From: a virus
DNA length: 64,000 nucleotides
Reading direction: 5' to 3' (one strand)
Virus record (IMG/VR): IMGVR_UViG_3300028394_000035
Every line of letters starts with the position of its first letter. Positions within the stretch are counted from its first letter, which is position 1. Under the pieces are notes generated by a model. That model ran no database searches. It was not told the origin of the DNA and worked only from the letters and a program-made list of their open reading frames with translations. This document shows positions 36,666 through 46,490 of the stretch, piece by piece. The position numbers and the translations under genes are program-made.

Positions 36666-39600
36666 GTATACTTCTTAGAAATAGAATTACTGGTATTACT
36701 ACATCAACTGATTTGTTCGGTGAGGACCTTGCTTTATTTTTAAGAGAATATCCAGATTTAGTTAAAGTTGGTATTGGAACCACTACAAATCAACCATATT
36801 ATATTTTATTAAATGAAACAACAGAAGAATTTAGATCACCTTATGTAAATGGTAATTTTGTTTATAATCCAGGATTGAATAGGTTGGGTATTGGATCTAA
36901 TAATCCTCAAGCAACTCTGGATGTAAATGGTGATATTAAATTTAATGGTAGTTTTACCAATACTGGTATTAGTACATTTCAAGGACCTGTTTTCTTTACT
37001 AATAATGTAACTTTTGATCGTTTTGTAGTTGGTGTTGCAACAATTACAAAAAAACTTGATATTGGTATTGGCGGAACCGTACTTACTGCAATAGCATCTA
37101 CTAATCCAAGTATTGTTGGAGCAGCATCAACTTATTATGGGAATATTGGAATTGGGTCTACCATTCCACAGCAAAAGTTAGATATTGCTGGAAGCATTAA
37201 GATTAATAAGAATATATTTGATTCGGTTAATGTTGCAGGAACCACAGGATATTATCTCTCAAGAGATGTTGATGGAATTCGATGGGTACAAGTTAATCCT
37301 TTAGATTCGCAAGGAATTCTTGTTTATAATGACTTGACTCTAATTGGAGCTGGGCAATCATTTTTTGGAGTCAATCTAAAGACTGGAGATGGGTTGGGAA
37401 TTACTACAGATACTATACAAGCATTTGTAAATCCATCAAATCCAAATATTGCAGATGTTTATGTTTATGATTATTGGAGTCCAATTCTTGGTGGAAATAT
37501 CTATAGGAATTCAAATGTAGGTATTAACAATAATAATCCTACATTTGCTTTAGATGTAACTGGAACCACAAATATCACACAAGATTTATATGTTGCTGGT
37601 ATTGTATCTTTTACTGCAAATACACCATCTATCAATAAAGATACTGGTGCTCTTGTAATTGCTCAAGGTGGTCTCGGTGTAGAAGGTAATGTTAATATTG
37701 GTGGTGCAACATCTATTGCACAATCAACATTTATAGGTGGAAATTTAAATGTTGTTGGTGTGGGTACAGTCAATACAACATTTAATGTTGGAATTGCCGG
37801 AACAGTCATTACAACCACCGGAATTGGTTCGGTTGGTATTGGAACCAATCTTCCATCTAAAGGTTTGGATATTGCAAAGCAAGTATTAATACAGAAAGCA
37901 GTATATGACTCAAATCGAAATGTAGGATATAAAACAGAATTTTATAAAACTCCAAGAACAGTATTGGGCCAAGTTGGAGTTAATACTGCCGGTGAAGTTA
38001 TTAGTGATAGATTTTTTGATGCCGCAAATTTAATAAGACTCAATCTTGACTTTATTGCAGCAGAAGCAGTTGGATTTATTACAAGCACCGATTATTTGAG
38101 TGGAACATTTTCGGTTCCTGGAGTTAGTTCTTGTAGAGATGATATTAAAAAAATATTAAAATCAATCACTCTCGACATTACAAAGGGTGGAAACTCACAA
38201 TCTGTAGGTGCCGGTCTTTCTTATTATAATGGTGGGTCACTTATCCATATTACATCTGGTGCTCAACAAACAGCAACTGTCGTTGCAATTACAACTGCCG
38301 CACAAATTTCACAAAAAGTAATTAATAACGTTTTACTAACAAAATCATACCAAAGTGGTGTGAGTAGTATTCGTCAAATTAGAGATTTAACAATACAAGA
38401 TGATGCTTCTGTTAATTCTAATGCAAATAATGGTGGATGTTCAAATGTAGTCTCTGCAATTTATACTTGTGCCGGTATTGTAACTACAATTATTGGAGGT
38501 GGATCTGGTTCTGCTCCTGCTATTACTCAACCAGATGGTAAAGTAGTATGGGTTCCACCCGGAACTGATGTAAGAAATCTAGTTTGGGTGAATAAGTATG
38601 GTAATGATGATAATGGTGGAAAAACAGAAGGAGATGCAAAATTAACGATTGCAGCAGCTGCAGCAGTTGCTCAACCCGGTGATACGATTATGGTTCGTTC
38701 CGGTGTTTATTATGAGAATAATCCAATTGGTTTGAGAACTGATGTTTCTGTTACTGGTCAGGATTTGAGATTAGTAACAGTAGTTCCTCAAAATAGTGGT
38801 AAGGATGTATTTCACGTCAGAAGAGGATGTTTGGTTGAGAATATGAACTTTGCCTGTGATACTGGAAAATCTAATCCAGGTGGCGGTGCAGTTGCATTCC
38901 CACCAACAGATACATCTAAAATATCAGTATCTGGTTATATCGCTCCTGGGCCTGCAAATGAAGGTCCAAGTGGAAGATGGAGAAGTCCTTATATTAGGAA
39001 CTGTACCAATTTTATGCCCTTAAGTATTGGTATGAAGATTGATGGAAATCATGCAACCGCATCTACAATAGGTGCTGATTTAAAATCTATGGTCTGTGAC
39101 TCATTTACACAATATAATGAGGCAGGTATTGGAGTTTCAATTACAAATAATGGATATGCCCAGTTAGTTTCTATTTTTACAATTAACTGTGATATTGCAA
39201 TTTATTGTGATACTGGTGGTCAGTGTGACCTTACTAACTCTAACTCCTCATTTGGTAATTATGGACTATATGCAGTTGGTCTGGGTGCAACTGAATTTAC
39301 ATCTCAAGTGAATACTACAACCGATGCTGAAGCAGATAGAGTTGTATTTAAGAATGTAACTGATAATGTTGGGATTTCATCAAGACGACCATATGATGGT
39401 CAGGCACTATGGTTTAAAATAAATCTTTCAAATTATAATACTGGCCAAGTTGGAATTATTACTGCACCTTTAAAAAGATTAAAATCTATTACTGTCGTAA
39501 ATGGTGGTTCTGGTTATAGTGAGGCATCTCCTCCTGATATTACTATTTTTGATACTGCAACAAATGATGTTCTCCCATTAGGACCTGAAGGTATTATTGC

Positions 39601-40153
39601 CGAAGTGTCTCCAACAATTAGTGGTTTGGGTTCAATTACTTCTGTTGATATTATAGATAGCGGAAGAAATTATCTTCCTAGTCAAAATATAGGAGTTCGA
39701 ATTAATGGCACTTCAACAAATGATTTGACAGCTCAGATGGAACCAATTTATTTTACAGTAAGTGAATCCTCCCTTCCAACATTTACGGTTGGTATTGGAA
39801 CTACAACGACAATTGTTTTGAATGAATTTATTCCTTATATTGTATATGCAAATGATGCTGTTGAAATGCGTAGAATTAGTCGTATTCTAACAAGTGGACA
39901 TTCATTTGAATATATTGGTTCTGGTACTGATATAAATATCTCAACACCTTTAAAGGGTGCCGTATCAATTAAAGCAAATGAGGTTGTTGCAATTGATGGT
40001 GGACAAGTACCATTTACAAGCACCGACCAAAAAGGTAATTTTAATATTGGTGAAGGTATTCAAATCAATCAGGCTACGGCAACAATTACTGGAAGAGATT
40101 TTAGTAAAGCAATTCAAGCAGAAGTTACACCTTTAATACTTGCACTGAGATAA
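36662..40153 (+). CDS. Tail fibre/spike-like protein with a pectate-lyase-like beta-helix
   Basis: GIG.....LDV.G fibre repeats; WVNKYGNDDN.G...AKLTIAAA, SPYIRNCTNF and SGHSFEYIGSG. Confidence 0.75.
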   Translation: MSILLRNRITGITTSTDLFGEDLALFLREYPDLVKVGIGTTTNQPYYILLNETTEEFRSPYVNGNFVYNPGLNRLGIGSNNPQATLDVNGDIKFNGSFTNTGISTFQGPVFFTNNVTFDRFVVGVATITKKLDIGIGGTVLTAIASTNPSIVGAASTYYGNIGIGSTIPQQKLDIAGSIKINKNIFDSVNVAGTTGYYLSRDVDGIRWVQVNPLDSQGILVYNDLTLIGAGQSFFGVNLKTGDGLGITTDTIQAFVNPSNPNIADVYVYDYWSPILGGNIYRNSNVGINNNNPTFALDVTGTTNITQDLYVAGIVSFTANTPSINKDTGALVIAQGGLGVEGNVNIGGATSIAQSTFIGGNLNVVGVGTVNTTFNVGIAGTVITTTGIGSVGIGTNLPSKGLDIAKQVLIQKAVYDSNRNVGYKTEFYKTPRTVLGQVGVNTAGEVISDRFFDAANLIRLNLDFIAAEAVGFITSTDYLSGTFSVPGVSSCRDDIKKILKSITLDITKGGNSQSVGAGLSYYNGGSLIHITSGAQQTATVVAITTAAQISQKVINNVLLTKSYQSGVSSIRQIRDLTIQDDASVNSNANNGGCSNVVSAIYTCAGIVTTIIGGGSGSAPAITQPDGKVVWVPPGTDVRNLVWVNKYGNDDNGGKTEGDAKLTIAAAAAVAQPGDTIMVRSGVYYENNPIGLRTDVSVTGQDLRLVTVVPQNSGKDVFHVRRGCLVENMNFACDTGKSNPGGGAVAFPPTDTSKISVSGYIAPGPANEGPSGRWRSPYIRNCTNFMPLSIGMKIDGNHATASTIGADLKSMVCDSFTQYNEAGIGVSITNNGYAQLVSIFTINCDIAIYCDTGGQCDLTNSNSSFGNYGLYAVGLGATEFTSQVNTTTDAEADRVVFKNVTDNVGISSRRPYDGQALWFKINLSNYNTGQVGIITAPLKRLKSITVVNGGSGYSEASPPDITIFDTATNDVLPLGPEGIIAEVSPTISGLGSITSVDIIDSGRNYLPSQNIGVRINGTSTNDLTAQMEPIYFTVSESSLPTFTVGIGTTTTIVLNEFIPYIVYANDAVEMRRISRILTSGHSFEYIGSGTDINISTPLKGAVSIKANEVVAIDGGQVPFTSTDQKGNFNIGEGIQINQATATITGRDFSKAIQAEVTPLILALR

Positions 40154-40157
40154 AAAA

Positions 40158-40811
40158 ATGGCGATTGCACCAGTCAATAAATTTATTACAATTGCAGTTC
40201 CGGTTGCTCCTGGAGAACAAGTAATATATGCAACTCCAACCGGAAGGTCGTCAATCATTCTTTATGCGCAAGTATCAAATGTTGCGGCAGCATCTACTTT
40301 TCCAAAAGTTTCATTTACACATCGAAGAAAAACAAATAAGACTGGATATATTAGAAATAATCGAATTATCAAAGAAGCAAAAGTACTTCCAAATGATAGT
40401 TTAATTATTATTGATGGAAGATTAGTTTTGGAAAGAAATGCTGTAATTTCAGATTCCGTTGTAATTGTAGGAGTTCAGTCTGGTATTACTAGCATTACGA
40501 ACTGTTTATATGATTTTAATACTGGTATTACTACTATTACTACACTAACCAATCATAATTTTTCAGTTGGTAGTGAAATCACGATGAGTGGTCTTGCCTT
40601 TACTTGCTCTCCCGGAAGTAGTGGAATTACAACAACTATTTTTCCATCTCCGCAATCTGCATTTACTGTGTCTAGTGTTACTAGTTCTACTATTTTTGTT
40701 ACAAATACTGGACCAATTGGATTCGCTCATACTTATGTAAGTGGTGGATTAGTTGGACCACTTCAAATGGAATTTATTTGTAGTATTTTAGAAAATAATA
40801 TTGCCGCATAA
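40158..40811 (+). CDS. Small virion protein, partner of the upstream beta-helix protein
   Basis: Paralog of 57584..57925, with an extra inserted beta domain. Confidence 0.7.
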   Translation: MAIAPVNKFITIAVPVAPGEQVIYATPTGRSSIILYAQVSNVAAASTFPKVSFTHRRKTNKTGYIRNNRIIKEAKVLPNDSLIIIDGRLVLERNAVISDSVVIVGVQSGITSITNCLYDFNTGITTITTLTNHNFSVGSEITMSGLAFTCSPGSSGITTTIFPSPQSAFTVSSVTSSTIFVTNTGPIGFAHTYVSGGLVGPLQMEFICSILENNIAA

Positions 40812-40813
40812 TT

Positions 40814-43800
40814 ATGTCTAAAAAATATTTAAGCGGAAGAGTTGAAAGAACACCTCAATCAGATATAACATCTGATAGATATGAATTTCTTGGTTTAGAA
40901 CAGGCAGAACCAAATCTTGGAGATCCTTTGGTTGGACCGTCTTCTATTGGAGCAAAACCTGTCCCTCCGGGTCAACAATATATGATTGTTACGACTGGAA
41001 TTGCTGGAGAACGTTATTGGATTCCAAATCAAGGTGGTATTATACCAGGAAGCATTACTGTTTATAATGAAAATATTGGATCGGGATTGGTTGGTGGGCT
41101 TAGTAGCACAACACAATTAGTTTTTATTGGAAATGCAATTGATGTAACGGCACCATATGCCGGACCACCATATCCACCAAATGTTAATATAACAATATCA
41201 CCTCCGGGAAATAATGGAGAAGTATTATTTAAAGATCTTGGAGATTTTGCAACATCAACAAAATTAGTTTTTAATAGTTCTGTTGGAATACTAACGATTG
41301 GAAATGGACTAAATGTTGGAAGTGGTGGAACAATATTTACCATTAAACCAACTGGATTGGTTGGTATAGGAACATCTTCTCCAACACAAGAACTGGATGT
41401 AAATGGTGATATAAGAATAAGAGGAACGATATATGATTATAATAATCAACCAGGAGTAAATCAGCAAGTTTTAGTTAAAAATAATTTTGGTGGATTAGAA
41501 TGGAACAATCAAAGCTCTATTCGTGCTGGTGCTGGTGGAACTTATACTCAAGTGCAATATCATAATACATCTGGTTTAGTTGATGGTGCAACTGGTTTTG
41601 TTTATGACCCAAGTACCAATAGAGTTGGTATTGGAAGTACATTACCCAGAGATATTCTAGATGTTATTGGAACTGTTAATATAAGCGGATTAGCCACAAT
41701 CACAAATCTTTATGTTTCTGGTATAAGCACTTTAGGTGTTACATCAGCAACTAATCTTACTTCACAAACACTAAGAGTTTCTGGTATAAGCACTTTAGGT
41801 GTTACATCAGCAACTAATCTTACTTCACAAACTCTTGTTGTAAGTGGTATAAGCACTTTAGGTGTTACTAGTATAACTAATCTTACTTCACAAACTTTAA
41901 ATGTAAGTGGTATAAGCACTTTAGGTGTTACTAGTACAACTAATCTTACTTCACAAACACTAAGAGTTTCTGGTATAAGCACTTTAGGTGTTACTAGTAT
42001 AACTAATCTTACTTCACAAACTTTAAATGTAAGTGGTATAAGCACTTTAGGTGTTACTAGTATAACTAATCTTACTTCACAAACTTTAAATGTAAGTGGT
42101 ATAAGCACTTTAGGTGTTACTAGTACAACTAATCTTACTTCACAAACACTAAGAGTTTCTGGTATAAGCACTTTAGGTATTACATCAGCAACTAATCTTA
42201 CTTCACAAACTTTAAATGTAAGTGGTATAAGCACTTTAGGTGTTACTAGTACAACTAATCTTACTTCACAAAGCCTTGTTGTAAGTGGTATTAGTACATT
42301 TTATGGAGATATACTTCCTGGTAGTAGTGGTTTTTATGATATTGGAAATGTTTTGTATAAATTTAATGAAGTTTATGCAGATACATTTGTGGGTCAAATT
42401 ATTGGTAATGCTGATACTGCTACTGTTGCTACAAATGTAAATGGAGGAACTGGAAATTTAACAGCATTAAATGTAAGTGGTATAAGCACTTTAGGTGTTA
42501 CATCAGCAACTAATCTTACTTCACAAAGCCTTATTGTGAGTGGTAGTGGAACTATAACAAATCTAACTGGAACCGCAGTTACTTATACGAATGGAACTAT
42601 AACCAACTTAACTGGTACTGCTGGAACTATAACAACTCTTAATAGTACTAATGGAACTATAACAAATCTTACTGGTACTGCTGGAACTATAACAACTCTT
42701 AATAGTACTAATGGAACTATAACCAACTTAACTGGTACTGCTGGAACCATAACAACTCTTAATAGTACTAATGGAACTATAACAAACCTAACTGGTACTG
42801 CTGGAACTATAACAACTCTTAATAGTACTAATGGAACTATAACAAACCTAACTGGTACTGGTGTTACTTATACGAATGGAACTTTTACAAACTTAAGTGC
42901 TGGTTCTATCACTTATACAAATTCAAATTCAACTAATCTTTATGTAACTAATGGATATATTAATGTTGGAATTGTAACAACTATAAGTGGTACTAATCTT
43001 AATTATACGAATGGAACTATAACAAACCTAACTGGTACTGCTGGAACTATAACAAACCTAACTGGTACTGGTGTTACTTATACGAATGGAACCATAACAA
43101 ACTTAACTGGTACTAACTTAAATATTACTGGGATTTCGACATTTCAAGGTAATGTAACTTTAGGTGATGCTAATACTGATAAAGTTTCTTTTGGTGCAAC
43201 TGTTGATAGTAATATTATTCCAAGTGGAAGTAGGAATTTGGGTAGTGTTGCAAATCCCTGGTCTAATGTTTATGCTACTACTATTACTGGTACTATTGCT
43301 GGTAATGCAGATACTGCAACTAAACTAACTACAGCAAGAACTATAGCAATTACAGGTGATTTAAGTTATACAAGTCCAGCATTTGATGGTACAGGAAATG
43401 TAACAGGAACAGGTACTTTAGCAACTGTAAATTCAAATGTTGGTACTTTTGGTTCTAGTACTTTTGTTCCACAGATTACTGTAAATGCTAAAGGTTTGGT
43501 GACTGGTATTACAACTACTGGAGTTAACTTTAGTGCTGCTACTGTTGCTCAAGCAGATAAGCTAACTACAGCAAGAACTATAGCAATTACAGGTGATTTA
43601 AGTTATACAAGTCCAGCATTTGATGGTACAGGAAATGTAACAGGAACAGGTACTTTAGCAACTACTGCAGTTACTGCAGGTTCTTATGGTTCTGGTTCTC
43701 AAGTTGCTACTTTTACTGTAGATTCTAAAGGAAGATTAACAGCAGCATCTAATACAAGCATTACAGGTATTAATGCTTCTTCTGTTGCTGCTGCTGGTGC

Positions 43801-45409
43801 AGATACTCAAGTTCAGTTTAACGATGGTGGGGCATTTGCAGGAGATGCTGATTTTACTTTTGCTAAAACAACAAATACTGTTACTACAAGATTTTTAGCA
43901 TTAAATGGTAATGGTTCAACGACTTCTGCTCAATTAACATTTAATGGTGGAACAAATAATTGGATTACTTTTGGTACAACTGGTGTTGCTGCTCCTGCAT
44001 TTACAACAAGAAGTGTTGGAACTAAAATTGTTTTATATGATGGTATTGGTGCAAGTTCTGCAGATTATGGTTTTGGTATTGAAAGTAGCACTTTATGGTC
44101 TAGTGTTCCTACTACTTCTCAACAATTCAAATGGTATGCAGGAACCACAAATATCGCATCACTCTTTGGAACTGGAGAACTTGTAGTAGGAACCACAACA
44201 AAAACAGGAACAGCATCGCAAACATTTCAGGTTACTGGTGGTTCTTATGTTTCTGGTAACCTTGGAATTGGAACAACAAATCCAACATCAAAACTTCACG
44301 TTGTTGGTGATGTAATAGTTACTGGTGTAGTGACTGCTACTACATTTGTTGGAGCATTAACTGGTACAGCATCTAATGTAACCACTAATGCAAACTTAAC
44401 AGGACACGTAACATCTGTTGGTAATGCAGCAGTATTGGGTTCTTTTACATCAGCACAATTAGCAACAGCATTAACCGATGAGACTGGTACTGGTGCTGCT
44501 GTATTTGCAACAAGTCCAACACTTGTAACTCCAGCATTAGGAACACCTTCATCAGGAAACCTTGCGAACTGTACCTTCCCAACTTTAAATCAAAATACTA
44601 CTGGTTCCTCTGCTTCTTGCACAGGTAATGCTGCAACTGCAACAGTACTACAAACCGCAAGAACCATTAATGGAGTATCATTTAATGGTAGTGCTAATAT
44701 TACTATAAGTGCATCTGAATTTTCTTCTGGTACTACTATAGTATTCTATCAGGCATCAGCACCAACTGGTTGGACGAAATCTACATCTCACGATAATAAA
44801 GCATTACGAGTTGTTTCTGGAACTGGTGGAGGTTCTGGTGGTTCTTCCTCATTTACTTCTGTATTTGCAAGTAGAGGTGTTCCACTACCAGAACACAATC
44901 ACTCTGCAAGTTCTGATACTCACGGTGGTCACCAACACTCAGGACCTACAAATAATCAAAACGCAAATCATACTCATACTTTTACGACTGGCAATCAAAA
45001 CGCAGATCATAGTCACTCATTCATCACTAATAGTGGTGGTTCTCATACCCATCTACTGAATGAAGTTCCCAACATCGAAGTACCGCAATCTTCCGCACCA
45101 GGAATGGTAGTTCAAGCTAACATAGAGCAAGCTGGAGGTGGTAGAACTCATACGATTATTCAAGGTGGTTCTCAAATTGTAGATACTCATAATGGCCACT
45201 CACATGATGGAGGAACTGGTGGACAGAGTGCAAACCACCAACACGGTGGAACTACTGCTGGAATGTCTAATGATCACTATCACGATTTTACAACTCAGTC
45301 TGGAGGTTCCCACAGTCACACCATTACGGTCAACAATAATGGTACTGCTGGTGCATCTATGGACTTTGCAGTTCAGTATATTGATGTTATAATATGCAGC
45401 AAGAATTAA
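40814..45409 (+). CDS. Long tail fibre with tandem repeats and a His-rich tip
   Basis: MSKKYLSGR N-terminus, 21-aa and 20-aa tandem repeats, FYQASAPTGW collar-like motif, multiple HxH motifs, FAVQYIDVIICSK end. Confidence 0.85.
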   Translation: MSKKYLSGRVERTPQSDITSDRYEFLGLEQAEPNLGDPLVGPSSIGAKPVPPGQQYMIVTTGIAGERYWIPNQGGIIPGSITVYNENIGSGLVGGLSSTTQLVFIGNAIDVTAPYAGPPYPPNVNITISPPGNNGEVLFKDLGDFATSTKLVFNSSVGILTIGNGLNVGSGGTIFTIKPTGLVGIGTSSPTQELDVNGDIRIRGTIYDYNNQPGVNQQVLVKNNFGGLEWNNQSSIRAGAGGTYTQVQYHNTSGLVDGATGFVYDPSTNRVGIGSTLPRDILDVIGTVNISGLATITNLYVSGISTLGVTSATNLTSQTLRVSGISTLGVTSATNLTSQTLVVSGISTLGVTSITNLTSQTLNVSGISTLGVTSTTNLTSQTLRVSGISTLGVTSITNLTSQTLNVSGISTLGVTSITNLTSQTLNVSGISTLGVTSTTNLTSQTLRVSGISTLGITSATNLTSQTLNVSGISTLGVTSTTNLTSQSLVVSGISTFYGDILPGSSGFYDIGNVLYKFNEVYADTFVGQIIGNADTATVATNVNGGTGNLTALNVSGISTLGVTSATNLTSQSLIVSGSGTITNLTGTAVTYTNGTITNLTGTAGTITTLNSTNGTITNLTGTAGTITTLNSTNGTITNLTGTAGTITTLNSTNGTITNLTGTAGTITTLNSTNGTITNLTGTGVTYTNGTFTNLSAGSITYTNSNSTNLYVTNGYINVGIVTTISGTNLNYTNGTITNLTGTAGTITNLTGTGVTYTNGTITNLTGTNLNITGISTFQGNVTLGDANTDKVSFGATVDSNIIPSGSRNLGSVANPWSNVYATTITGTIAGNADTATKLTTARTIAITGDLSYTSPAFDGTGNVTGTGTLATVNSNVGTFGSSTFVPQITVNAKGLVTGITTTGVNFSAATVAQADKLTTARTIAITGDLSYTSPAFDGTGNVTGTGTLATTAVTAGSYGSGSQVATFTVDSKGRLTAASNTSITGINASSVAAAGADTQVQFNDGGAFAGDADFTFAKTTNTVTTRFLALNGNGSTTSAQLTFNGGTNNWITFGTTGVAAPAFTTRSVGTKIVLYDGIGASSADYGFGIESSTLWSSVPTTSQQFKWYAGTTNIASLFGTGELVVGTTTKTGTASQTFQVTGGSYVSGNLGIGTTNPTSKLHVVGDVIVTGVVTATTFVGALTGTASNVTTNANLTGHVTSVGNAAVLGSFTSAQLATALTDETGTGAAVFATSPTLVTPALGTPSSGNLANCTFPTLNQNTTGSSASCTGNAATATVLQTARTINGVSFNGSANITISASEFSSGTTIVFYQASAPTGWTKSTSHDNKALRVVSGTGGGSGGSSSFTSVFASRGVPLPEHNHSASSDTHGGHQHSGPTNNQNANHTHTFTTGNQNADHSHSFITNSGGSHTHLLNEVPNIEVPQSSAPGMVVQANIEQAGGGRTHTIIQGGSQIVDTHNGHSHDGGTGGQSANHQHGGTTAGMSNDHYHDFTTQSGGSHSHTITVNNNGTAGASMDFAVQYIDVIICSKN
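41714..42280 (+). repeat. 63-bp coding tandem repeat, 9 copies (VSGISTLGVTSxTNLTSQTLx)
   Basis: GGTATAAGCACTTTAGGT recurs every 63 nt from 41720 to 42224; partial copy at 42287, displaced copy near 42479. Confidence 0.95.
42590..42860 (+). repeat. 60-bp coding tandem repeat, 4 copies plus a partial (NGTITNLTGTAGTITTLNST)
   Basis: AATGGAAC-led unit at 42590, 42650, 42710, 42770 and 42830. Confidence 0.95.
43325..43663 (+). repeat. 102-bp exact direct repeat
   Basis: 43325-43426 equals 43562-43663 (LTTARTIAITGDLSYTSPAFDGTGNVTGTGTLAT). Confidence 0.9.
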
Positions 45410-45416
45410 TTAATTT

Positions 45417-45755
45417 ATGAAACTCGAACAAGGAAAATATTGCCCACTAATTAAAAAAGATTGTATAGGTATTCAGTGCTCTTGGTTTACTCAAATTCGT
45501 GGTATGAACCCAAATACAGGCGAACCAGTAGATGAGTGGGGATGTGCGATTACTTGGATGCCTACTTTATTAATTGAAAATTCACAACAACAAAGGTCAA
45601 CAGGTGCTGCTGTTGAAAGTTTTCGTAATGAGGTAGTAAAAGGAAATCAAGAAAATCAACAACTTTATATTCAATCAATTCAACCAGGAATGATTGCGAA
45701 TAATATACTTTCTGAAAATATTCAAAATGTACTAAAATCTGGAGATGTAGAATGA
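45417..45755 (+). CDS. Cys-rich tail-fibre-associated hypothetical protein
   Basis: CPLIKKDCIGIQCSWF...EWGCAITW...AAVESFRNE. Confidence 0.75.
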   Translation: MKLEQGKYCPLIKKDCIGIQCSWFTQIRGMNPNTGEPVDEWGCAITWMPTLLIENSQQQRSTGAAVESFRNEVVKGNQENQQLYIQSIQPGMIANNILSENIQNVLKSGDVE

Positions 45756-46213
45756 AATTAATCTTTATCGTATCGGAAAAATTTATTAGATTGGATGATG
45801 AAAGTTTTTTGAATATCAAGGAAGACCTATCTTGGGTTCCTTCTAATGTTCATGCAGTCATTTGGAATGATGATGCGGGTTATATTGAATATAAGAATGC
45901 ACCCAAAGAAACAATTGAAGAACTTGGAATTTACGAACAAGCACTTGAAATTTTTGATGCAGAAAAGCAAAGAAGACTGAGAGAGCAATTAGCAGAAGAA
46001 GAATTGAGGGAGGCATCCAGAGATTATTGGAAAGAATTGAGAAATAAAAGAGATTTTCTACTTTCGCAATCGGATTGGACGCAAGGAAATGATAGTCCAC
46101 TAAATTTACAACAAAAAGAAGAATGGAAAATATATCGTCAGGCATTACGAGATGCACCTTCAAATACGATAGACCCAAAGAGTCCAGTCTGGCCACTGTC
46201 CCCTTCTCCTTGA
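45752..46213 (+). CDS. Tail fibre assembly chaperone-like protein
   Basis: LRNKRDFLLSQSDWTQ..DSPL...WKIYRQALRDAP...PVWP. Confidence 0.85.
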   Translation: MKLIFIVSEKFIRLDDESFLNIKEDLSWVPSNVHAVIWNDDAGYIEYKNAPKETIEELGIYEQALEIFDAEKQRRLREQLAEEELREASRDYWKELRNKRDFLLSQSDWTQGNDSPLNLQQKEEWKIYRQALRDAPSNTIDPKSPVWPLSPSP

Positions 46214-46238
46214 CACCACACCCAGTCCGTGCTATGAT
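46210..46238 (+). promoter_or_regulatory. Sigma70-type (early) promoter
   Basis: TTGACA (46210), 17 nt, TATGAT (46233) with extended -10 TG. Confidence 0.8.
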
Positions 46239-46268
46239 GGATGGGTAAGACGACCCTTCCAAACCATT

Positions 46269-46433
46269 ATGATGATTACCCGAGACGTTTTGGCCGAACT
46301 TCAAGAACTGCAAGAAGATGTAGCAGAACATTTTGCAGATGAGAATATTGTAAGTGGTGAACTTTATTGGACTTGTGTGGAGTCACTTGCAACTGCAAAA
46401 CTTGCTGAACTTCGTGGTGAACTTGTAAGATAA
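46269..46433 (+). CDS. Small acidic hypothetical protein (54 aa), not in the ORF track
   Basis: MMITRDVLAELQELQEDVAEHFADENIVSGELYWTCVESLATAKLAELRGELVR. Confidence 0.75.
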   Translation: MMITRDVLAELQELQEDVAEHFADENIVSGELYWTCVESLATAKLAELRGELVR

Positions 46434-46490
46434 TATAAAAAAATATATAGTGTCTAAATAAGACAGAAGAAATATCTGTGTTTATAAACG

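Noticed and set aside
41710-42234. Repetitive 174-aa minus-strand ORF
   Set aside because: It is the antisense mirror of the 63-bp coding repeat.
41714-42860. CRISPR-like appearance of the periodic repeats
   Set aside because: The units are contiguous multiples of 3 inside an ORF, with no unique spacers and no cas genes.
45858-46331. 157-aa minus-strand ORF
   Set aside because: It is antisense to a recognisable fibre chaperone, a promoter and a small ORF, and has no motif.
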